NCBI GenBank assembly: GCA_964651815.1
Contig: CAZYWG010000004.1
Span: forward strand, 36,977 to 100,976
DNA: 64,000 nt
DNA from: an uncultured Gammaproteobacteria bacterium
Lineage (GTDB): Bacteria > Patescibacteriota > Microgenomatia > Levybacterales > GWA1-39-11
Direction: 5' to 3'
Shown: in pieces, positions 57,128 to 64,000 of the stretch
Layout: every line of letters begins with the position of its first letter
How positions within the stretch are numbered: position 1 is the first letter of the stretch
Notes under the pieces: generated by a model
What the model was told of the DNA's origin: nothing
The model's input: only the letters and a program-made list of their open reading frames with translations
The model's database searches: none
Position numbers and translations under genes: made by a program

Positions 57128-57868
57128 ATGCTCAAAACAATTGAAATCCTAGGGGTAAAAATAACAGCAGAAAATGAGGGTAAGATCCTAGAGTTATTAA
57201 GATCGGAACTTAACAAGCCTAAGAAAGATCGCCGGAAGTTAGTGATTTTTACACCCAACCCAGAACAGATTTCCTCAGCAGCAGGAAATGCTAGCCTCAA
57301 AGAGATGTTGAACAGTGCAGATATCAATTTGCCCGACGGAATAGGTGTAATTGGGGGTGCGAGTTTACTTGGAAGGAAGCTCGAGGCTAGAATTGCAGGG
57401 GTAGACTTCATGGAAAGTCTTGTGAAAAGTGATTCAAAACAGCCCGTCGTAACAGGCTTTTTTGGAGGCCAACCTGGGGTAGCAATCGAAGCTGCCAATT
57501 GCTTACAAAAAATTGCGCCAAAAATGGCTATAGGATATGCCTCAGACACTTTCGATAAGGATAGAATGATCCATTCTGATATAGATATCCTATTTGTAGG
57601 TCTTGGTTTTCCGAAACAAGAAAAATGGATACTCGCCCATAAAAATGAAGTTCCGGCGAGCATAATAATGGCGGTTGGTGGGTCATTAGACTTTTTGTCA
57701 GGAAGAGTTCCACGGGCCCCAAAGTTTGTTCGTAAGCTCGGTGCGGAGTGGTTATTTAGATTAACAATTCAGCCATGGAGGATAATTCGCCAGGCACGAC
57801 TTTTGCATTTTGGGGGGCTAATTTTGAAAGAAGCAGTAAGTAATCGGTTGAAAAACGATAAAAAATAA
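57128..57868 (+). CDS. WecB/TagA/CpsF-family (GT26) glycosyltransferase
   Basis: LFVGLGFPKQEKW and GGSLDFLSGRVPRAPKFVRKLGAEWLFRL match the GT26 signature. Confidence 0.8.
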   Translation: MLKTIEILGVKITAENEGKILELLRSELNKPKKDRRKLVIFTPNPEQISSAAGNASLKEMLNSADINLPDGIGVIGGASLLGRKLEARIAGVDFMESLVKSDSKQPVVTGFFGGQPGVAIEAANCLQKIAPKMAIGYASDTFDKDRMIHSDIDILFVGLGFPKQEKWILAHKNEVPASIIMAVGGSLDFLSGRVPRAPKFVRKLGAEWLFRLTIQPWRIIRQARLLHFGGLILKEAVSNRLKNDKK

Positions 57869-57939
57869 GTATTTAACTTCCAGAGCAAACTTTTTTTATT
57901 TTTCTTTTGTACAAACAAGATCAGCTTTTTTATACGTTC

Positions 57940-58150
57940 TTTTCGACAGCGAAAAGAACCAAAAGCTGCTCGACCCACAAGTCGAGCTAATTTTTCTTCA
58001 CTAGCGGGGGAAACCTTCCCACCTCCACGATCTTGATCGTTGTCAAGACGTGGGGCTCCCCCCTGTACGCTCGGTCGAAAAATTACTCTCACATTCGTTT
58101 GGGTCGTTCTTGTTGTAAAGGTCGAGTTAGACACATTGATCAATCTTAAA
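57940..58150. other. GC-rich hairpin-dense noncoding patch (candidate structured RNA or integration-site remnant)
   Basis: Hairpins include cttttcg-acag-cgaaaag, gctcgac-ccacaa-gtcgagc, and cttga-tcgttg-tcaag. The GCTCGACC/GGTCGAGC complement recurs three times. The only overlapping ORF (57769-58311, minus) is not protein-like. Confidence 0.25.
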
Positions 58151-58408
58151 CAAAGTACGCTTCTCAAAATTCTTAGATTAGTTGTAAAAGCGCTCTTACA
58201 TATAAATTTACACTGCTTGGGTGCTTTCCAAAAATAATCCCAAAGTAATTTTGGTCTATTGAACCTCCAAAAAGTTCTGGACAAACTGTCGAGAATTTGA
58301 ACTTTTATCAAAGAAAATAACTTAGAGTATTTTTACTGCTTGACACCATTGATGTCATTTGCTAGTCTAGGTGCATATAATATATAGAGTTAATTCCTTT
58401 TATATAGT

Positions 58409-58621
58409 ATGCCACACCAAAATATATCAATCGACAACCTACCAGATCTACTCACAGTTCGTGAGGTAGCTGAAATTTTAAGAGTTTCTCCATTAACTAT
58501 CAAAAGATGGGGGAAACGGGGAAAACTTCCGGCAATTAGAATCAATTCGCGCGGCGACCGCAGGTACAAAAAAGAAGCAGTCCTCTATCTACTCGGAATC
58601 CAGGCTAAAACCGAAGTTTAG
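58409..58621 (+). CDS. excisionase/AlpA-family helix-turn-helix DNA-binding protein
   Basis: LLTVREVAEILRVSPLTIKRWGKRGKLPAIRI matches the Xis/HTH_17-type wing-HTH. Confidence 0.55.
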   Translation: MPHQNISIDNLPDLLTVREVAEILRVSPLTIKRWGKRGKLPAIRINSRGDRRYKKEAVLYLLGIQAKTEV

Positions 58622-58669
58622 TAACAATTAACAATTGACAATTAACAATTGACGACTAATACTTAAATA

Positions 58670-59548
58670 ATGTCTTCAGCTTCAAATCAACTCAAAGCAA
58701 TTCAAAAGTTCGAATCAAAGTGGAAAGAGAATAAGTTTGTTTGCGTGGGTTTAGATGTGGAGTATGACAAGCTCCCCGAAGTTTTTCGAAATTCTAAAAA
58801 TAGGGCAGAAGCAACCCTCGAATTTAACAAAAAGATAATCGATTCAACGTACGATTTAGCCCTTTGTTACAAGCCAAATTCTGCTTTTTATGAAGGAGAA
58901 GGCGCAGACGGCTTGGTCGTTCTCAAAAAAACGGTCGAATATATTAAAGAAAAGGATAATTCGATCCCAATAATTTTAGACGCAAAGCGTGCCGATATTG
59001 GTAACACAAACAAGGGTTATGTCAAAATGGCATTTGATGACTTTGAATTTGACGCAATTACGGTCAACCCATATCTTGGGACAGACTCACTCCAACCATT
59101 TCTGGACCAGAGTGACAAACTAATTATAATTTTATGTAAAACTTCAAATCCAGGGGCCGGCGAAATTCAAGATTTACAAATTTTGGGAAAAGAATTTGGT
59201 GAGCTTGGAGAGGAAGCGATCAAACTCTATCAAATCATAGCGTTTTTTGCAAAAACGAAGTGGAATTCAAATGGAAACGTTGGTTTGGTAGTGGGCGCCA
59301 CATATCCTGAGGAATTGAGCTCAGTCAGAAAAATAGTAGGGGATATGCCAATCCTTATGCCGGGCATAGGAAGTCAGGGTGGAGATATCGAAAAATCTGT
59401 CAAAGCCGGTCTTGATTCGAATAAGCAGGGGATAATAGTCAACTCATCCCGTGGAATAATTTATGCCTCTAATGGCCCGGATTTTGCAGAGGCTGCGCGC
59501 GAAGCGACAAAGAAGCTTAATGAGGAGATTATTGGATCTATAGTTTAA
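58670..59548 (+). CDS. pyrF: orotidine 5'-phosphate decarboxylase, type 2
   Basis: VCVGLDVEYDKLP..., ILDAKRADIGNTNKGY, and a C-terminal Gly-rich loop (MPGIGSQGGD). Confidence 0.8.
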   Translation: MSSASNQLKAIQKFESKWKENKFVCVGLDVEYDKLPEVFRNSKNRAEATLEFNKKIIDSTYDLALCYKPNSAFYEGEGADGLVVLKKTVEYIKEKDNSIPIILDAKRADIGNTNKGYVKMAFDDFEFDAITVNPYLGTDSLQPFLDQSDKLIIILCKTSNPGAGEIQDLQILGKEFGELGEEAIKLYQIIAFFAKTKWNSNGNVGLVVGATYPEELSSVRKIVGDMPILMPGIGSQGGDIEKSVKAGLDSNKQGIIVNSSRGIIYASNGPDFAEAAREATKKLNEEIIGSIV

Positions 59549-60210
59549 TAAGTCTGTGGCTGCGGATTTTCTGAAGAGGCTTGATCAATTATATCCGCTA
59601 GAGTTTTGATAGCTAACTCATCTGGTGGTACGAGATCTGTAGCGAGGGGTTGGAGCATTTCATGCCCAGGTTCCGCATATATAGCTTTGAATACAGAGGC
59701 TACTGCTGTAACGTGTGTATCGGCACTTTGAGGAACGAGATTTCCATCTTTCATAATCATCTTCTGGATAGAAATAGGCTTAGGTTTTTTGACCCTTCTA
59801 AGAGTTTTCAGATTTTCGGGTGTTGGAACTACATCTTCTTTGTAAGCAAGTCTTAAGGCGGTTTTAGTACCGCGACCAACATTGATTCTTATTCCGCTTC
59901 CATTAATATTTCTTCCATCATATGGTTTAACCTTCCCATCGAGGGTGATAATCCCTCCGGTTTCAAGATAGAGGTTGGTGACTTGTTCAACACCTGTTCT
60001 AATTCTTTCAGCAATTTGGCCAAAGATCTCGTTGTCAAAGATAACCTCTTGATGCTCAAGCCAATTAATAACTCTTCCGGTTCTTGTCGCAGGCTGTAAA
60101 GCCTTTTGTTCTCCCGACTGATGCATCTGACCATCTCCTTGACCGGGTGTTTCGGGTATTCTTCCCATAGGAGTCACGATTATACCAAGTAAAAAAAGAT
60201 TTTTAAACAC
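59545..60210 (-). CDS. hypothetical secreted protein
   Basis: Hydrophobic N-terminus (FLLGIIVTPMG). No motif recognised. Its stop overlaps the pyrF stop region by 4 bp. Confidence 0.35.
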   Translation of the reverse strand: MFKNLFLLGIIVTPMGRIPETPGQGDGQMHQSGEQKALQPATRTGRVINWLEHQEVIFDNEIFGQIAERIRTGVEQVTNLYLETGGIITLDGKVKPYDGRNINGSGIRINVGRGTKTALRLAYKEDVVPTPENLKTLRRVKKPKPISIQKMIMKDGNLVPQSADTHVTAVASVFKAIYAEPGHEMLQPLATDLVPPDELAIKTLADIIDQASSENPQPQTY

Positions 60211-60247
60211 CTAATTTATGATTTGGTTTTATGCGTTTGGTTTCAGC

Positions 60248-61021
60248 TCACCTGAGGATTAACAGGAAATAAACAATCGAAAGAACAATTCTATATATTC
60301 CAAAGCCGATGAAGTTGTTAGATTTAACATAACCCACGAGCCATTTAATTGCAAATATTGCAACAACAAATGAGACTATAAATCCTACTAAAAGTAACAT
60401 CCATTCGTTGGTATTAAAATGAAAACTTGAACTTTTTAAGTCAAGTAGGGTTGCAGCAAGCATTGTTGGGACCGCGAGTAAAAATGAAAATTCCGTTGCG
60501 TTTTCTCGTGATATTCCAAGAAGCATTCCGCCAATAATTGTTGATGCCGAGCGTGATACACCAGGGATGACAGCAATTGACTGAAATAGGCCTATTACAG
60601 CGGCTTTTTCATAGGTAATTTCTTTGTCTTCCGTCTGTTTTTTGCCGCGGCGTTTAAATAATAATTCAACCCCAATTAATGCAATACCACCAATGAGAAG
60701 TGAGAGCAAGACAATACTAGGATTACCGATTAAATAATGTTTTATAAATTTATAGAGAATGAATCCAACAACCGCGGTTGGAATAAAAGCTACCAAGACG
60801 CGCTTTCCTAGTTCAAAATCTTTCTTCATTTTCCCCGAATACAAAACAATTACAGCAAGTATTGCGCCAGATTGAATTACAATTTCAAACGTTTTCACAA
60901 AGTCAGTTTGCGCGATTTGAAGAAGGTTCGAAACCAAAATAAGGTGGCCGGTAGAAGAGACTGGAAGGAATTCGGTAATTCCCTCAACTATTCCTAGAAT
61001 GATGGCATGGAAGAAGTTCAT
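60248..61021 (-). CDS. uppP: undecaprenyl-diphosphatase (BacA/UppP)
   Basis: GIVEGITEFLPVSSTGHLIL, and PGVSRSASTIIGGMLLG. Confidence 0.9.
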   Translation of the reverse strand: MNFFHAIILGIVEGITEFLPVSSTGHLILVSNLLQIAQTDFVKTFEIVIQSGAILAVIVLYSGKMKKDFELGKRVLVAFIPTAVVGFILYKFIKHYLIGNPSIVLLSLLIGGIALIGVELLFKRRGKKQTEDKEITYEKAAVIGLFQSIAVIPGVSRSASTIIGGMLLGISRENATEFSFLLAVPTMLAATLLDLKSSSFHFNTNEWMLLLVGFIVSFVVAIFAIKWLVGYVKSNNFIGFGIYRIVLSIVYFLLILR

Positions 61022-61067
61022 GCGAATAGTGTATCAAAAGTATCAAGGGTACCACAAGTATCATGGG

Positions 61068-62414
61068 TTAGTCGCCGATGCGGCTAGTCCCAATGGATCT
61101 AAAGAAAATGTTAAGGTCGCGTTCATCAACTTTTCCGTCAAAATTTAAATCTGCAAGTGCTTTTTGTGGGCAGTTACCAAGGCCGTAACATGAAAGTATG
61201 ACGTTGTAGTCTGACAAGTCTAGAGCGTTATCTTGTATACCATCCAAACCCGTAAAGTCTCCGGCTGCAACTAGTGTTGGTACGATTTTAGAAGTGGTAC
61301 CTGTTGTAATTTGCACTATCCCTAGATCTTTCCACAAGCTGTTGTTAAGCCGCGCCTTTACGTGCAGTTGATAGGTTCCGGCAGACACGGGAATACTGGC
61401 AACAAAAGTAGCGTTTATTGCATGAAAATTGAAGTTTGCCTTGGCACTCGTTGTTGCGCTATCTGCGGCCGCGGGATTGAAAAATTGGACCTCGCCGCTT
61501 ACGGAGTTTTGCTCTAAGAGAGGGTGCGGATTTTCTCCTAAAGCCGTATTTAATCCAACTCCTGGGGCAATCAAAGAGATTGAAAGGAGAGTTGGCCCCG
61601 GCGTTGGCGAAGCAGTGGGAGTTGGAGTGGCGGATGGCGTTCCAATTAATATAGAGGTAGGCGTCGGTGTCGGAGTTGCAGAAGTAGTTGCGGTGGGAGT
61701 AGGTGTTGGTGTTGCAGTGGCGGCTGGAAGAGTAGGGGTAGGTGTAGAAGTTGGGCTTGGTGCAACAGTTGGAACCGTACCACCGTCGTTTACCTCTCCA
61801 AATGTTACAACCCACCGTTCAGATAATCCTCCTGATCCGATTGTTGATTTACCCACACCTATTGCCTGCCAATTCCTTGGTAAAGTACCTCCTGACGTAT
61901 TACTGATTTGATTTAAGAGTACAACGTTATGCTCAGGTGAATTTTCCCAAGATGACAAGGCAACCTGTGGCGGAACAAGAGAAGATGCAGCAACAACGCC
62001 AGATGAAGTTGTGGCATTCGGATAACCGCAATCGCCGTTTCTTTGCGGGTCTAGGCGTCCCAAGGAATCAGTATGAGAATTTATATTGCCATGTGTTGCC
62101 ATATCTGTTGCCATCCACTGCGCCGCACGCGTAAGAGTAGCAGAGATTGGCAGAACTGATAAATTATGCTGTTGCCTGTATTGGTTTAAGATTGTTGCGA
62201 GTGTTTGTTCATCTTGATCCATGGCAAAGTCCGCGTCGTTCACAGTGCAATTAGTAGCAGTACTAGACGTTCTAAACAAAATCCTGTTGTGTTTATTTTT
62301 GCTCCTCGCAATTATTGAAATAGTAAAGGGAATAGAGAGAATTAGCGTTGCAACAAATAGAAAAAGCACAACGCGAGAATAAGAGTGGAAAAATTTTTCA
62401 AATAAATTAAGCAC
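61068..62414 (-). CDS. secreted CAP/SCP-domain protein with a Pro-Thr linker and dockerin-like C-terminal repeat
   Basis: CAP-like segments (LNQYRQQHNLSVL..., LSSWENSPEHNVVLL). (PTPT)n linker. C-terminal DLNFDGKVDERDLNIF resembles a dockerin/EF-hand Ca-binding repeat. Confidence 0.55.
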   Translation of the reverse strand: MLNLFEKFFHSYSRVVLFLFVATLILSIPFTISIIARSKNKHNRILFRTSSTATNCTVNDADFAMDQDEQTLATILNQYRQQHNLSVLPISATLTRAAQWMATDMATHGNINSHTDSLGRLDPQRNGDCGYPNATTSSGVVAASSLVPPQVALSSWENSPEHNVVLLNQISNTSGGTLPRNWQAIGVGKSTIGSGGLSERWVVTFGEVNDGGTVPTVAPSPTSTPTPTLPAATATPTPTPTATTSATPTPTPTSILIGTPSATPTPTASPTPGPTLLSISLIAPGVGLNTALGENPHPLLEQNSVSGEVQFFNPAAADSATTSAKANFNFHAINATFVASIPVSAGTYQLHVKARLNNSLWKDLGIVQITTGTTSKIVPTLVAAGDFTGLDGIQDNALDLSDYNVILSCYGLGNCPQKALADLNFDGKVDERDLNIFFRSIGTSRIGD

Positions 62415-62510
62415 AATTTAATAATAGTGGCTTGACGCTTTGAATGTCAACGATGTTAGATTGAATTTGGAATTAGGAATTATGGAAAAGAACCGATTTT
62501 AACTCGTTAA

Positions 62511-63968
62511 TTAATAAGAATTGGTGGGAATTTTTTGGGGAGCCTGTGTTGGAATCACAAATCCCTCTGCGCTTTTAATCATGTCAAAATATTTTCCTGT
62601 GCAGCCGCCTTTTTGAACATCTATTGGCGAGAAAACGCTTGTTCCATTTCGATTTAAGATATTTGCTAGGTCGCTGTTTATAAATACACAGCTTCCTGTA
62701 GACCCAAGATATTGTTGAACAAGGTTTGATGTCTCCTGTGAAATTTTCTCGCTTTTAGCATTTGTCACGTTTCTTGGAAGTATAAAATATTGAGAAACAA
62801 GGTTTGCGTTAAGAACGCATTTAGATTGATCTAGAGGTTGGATCTCGTAATTAGTAGTTATTTTAGAAGTAGTAGTTAATCCGTTTACGTTAAAATCCAA
62901 TGCCTGTTTGACCTGGACTTTTGTTGGGATACATGTCTCGGCATTTTTTTCAAAGCAGGAAAGTCCAGGGTTCATTGCCGCAGCACCTTCCGCTGTTAGG
63001 TCGTCACTCATACAATCAACCGGCTTGCTTATAGTCCCCATTTTATTTGAAGTCGCGAGATTTTTATAAACGTTTGCCAAATTTAAAAGTGTTGGGCCAA
63101 CAAATATCGCAAAAACAATAATAAGTGTAATCGGAAGCACAGTCAAAATATAAAAGAAAGTTTTGAGCTTGGTACTTGGATTAAATACAAAATTACCCTT
63201 GATGGCTTTCAAATTATCATATATTAAGAAAGTATAAATTATAGCAATTGGGCCTATCACAAATCCAAACGGTATAAAAATGAGTGAAGAAATTGATGGC
63301 AATTTAAGGAAAGCAAATGCAAAACCCGCGGACGCAAAAACTATTTCTACAACTATAAAAAGAAAAACCAGAAAAAGGTATCTTAGGAAAACGGCCCAAA
63401 AATAACCTCTTACATACTCACGGCTTTTGAGAAGAGCATTCATGCCGCCCGTTCCTTCACCAATTAATACAAACACAGCCGGAGCAAACCAAATTGCAAA
63501 AATAATCCCCGGAATAACAAAAAAGATGTAACCGCAAAATACTATTAAAGCTGAAAGTACAGAGACCCAAAAGTAGGGGAGGACCTTTTTGAAAGACGCC
63601 TGAATTAATTCTTTTAGGGAGCGATCCTCACGATAATAAACAATTGACGCAATAAGTGCAATGTTCATGAGTGTTTGGACAAATATTGACACAAAGAAAA
63701 ATATTATGGCCAAAATGATTAATACTCCAATAAGAATGGGGGACTTTGATACCAATCCAATAATGACACCAATAACCCCTACAAATATAAAGACACTTGT
63801 AAGTGCCCATGAGATGGCAAGGGATAAGACAAGTAAAATAATTATTGTCCTGAGCCTTAATTTATAGATGAGCCAGGCGTCCTGCAATAATTTAATTGGG
63901 CCCGGTAAACTTTGTGTTGTTTTAGTTGCCATATTAGTTAGTGTGTCATAAAAATTCTTTCGGTGCAA
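62511..63968 (-). CDS. polytopic membrane protein with a C-terminal extracytoplasmic domain (hypothetical)
   Basis: About 8 hydrophobic helices in the first ~300 aa, then a Cys-containing soluble domain. Confidence 0.4.
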   Translation of the reverse strand: MHRKNFYDTLTNMATKTTQSLPGPIKLLQDAWLIYKLRLRTIIILLVLSLAISWALTSVFIFVGVIGVIIGLVSKSPILIGVLIILAIIFFFVSIFVQTLMNIALIASIVYYREDRSLKELIQASFKKVLPYFWVSVLSALIVFCGYIFFVIPGIIFAIWFAPAVFVLIGEGTGGMNALLKSREYVRGYFWAVFLRYLFLVFLFIVVEIVFASAGFAFAFLKLPSISSLIFIPFGFVIGPIAIIYTFLIYDNLKAIKGNFVFNPSTKLKTFFYILTVLPITLIIVFAIFVGPTLLNLANVYKNLATSNKMGTISKPVDCMSDDLTAEGAAAMNPGLSCFEKNAETCIPTKVQVKQALDFNVNGLTTTSKITTNYEIQPLDQSKCVLNANLVSQYFILPRNVTNAKSEKISQETSNLVQQYLGSTGSCVFINSDLANILNRNGTSVFSPIDVQKGGCTGKYFDMIKSAEGFVIPTQAPQKIPTNSY

Positions 63969-64000
63969 TTTTTATCTACACATAGGTGTAGTTGAACCTC

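Noticed and set aside
57769-58311. 180-aa minus-strand ORF across the GC-rich noncoding patch.
   Set aside because: It overlaps the 3' end of the WecB/TagA gene. Its translation is not protein-like (Arg/Lys/Cys-rich). The region is better explained as structured noncoding DNA.
1-64000. CRISPR array, rRNA, or tRNA genes.
   Set aside because: There are no short identical direct repeats with unique spacers. I scanned the GC-rich noncoding patches (10.85-11.2, 16.3-16.7, 18.0-18.2 and 57.9-58.2 kb) for T-loop motifs (GGTTCGAATCC and variants) and found none. Without tRNAscan or Infernal I cannot fully exclude one.

Overview
This is an AT-rich contig, about 38-40% GC by eye. Its gene content is typical of a reduced-genome, cell-surface-heavy bacterium, possibly CPR/Patescibacteria-like; that assignment is inference only. 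I see no rRNA, tRNA or CRISPR array.

Housekeeping genes, in order:
- pyruvate kinase (pyk)
- transcription termination factor Rho
- leucyl-tRNA synthetase (leuS)
- ComEA plus a truncated ComEC
- MreB
- pyrF
- UppP
- a WecB/TagA-family (GT26) glycosyltransferase

Other content:
- a glycosylation cassette: a GT2 polyprenol-phosphate glycosyltransferase, a GT4, and two large GT-C/YfhO-like membrane proteins
- a two-component module: two REC-only proteins and a histidine kinase
- many large secreted or anchored proteins, including:
  - a 1858-aa type IV pilin-like protein with LamG-like domains
  - a 1377-aa fibre-like protein with N-terminal recombinase core-binding-like domains and a tail-fibre intramolecular-chaperone domain
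  - two tandem leucine-rich-repeat proteins
  - a DUF11 protein with a sortase-like signal
  - a CAP-domain protein with a dockerin-like C-terminus
  - a PEGA/beta-propeller protein

The most striking feature is a mosaic island at about 10.85-18.2 kb. Two blocks of clearly high GC (estimated above 60%) are interrupted by a host-composition gene. The GC-rich blocks carry an ECF sigma factor, an anti-sigma-like membrane protein, a lipoprotein and small proteins, all with Shine-Dalgarno sites. This is either a horizontally acquired block or an assembly chimera.

Several noncoding regions hold repeated palindromes or tandem repeats with conserved hairpins, at about 2.0-2.7 kb, 14.9-15.2 kb, 18.2-19.26 kb and 57.9-58.2 kb. 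All protein assignments rest on motifs I recognised by eye in the supplied translations. No database search was possible.
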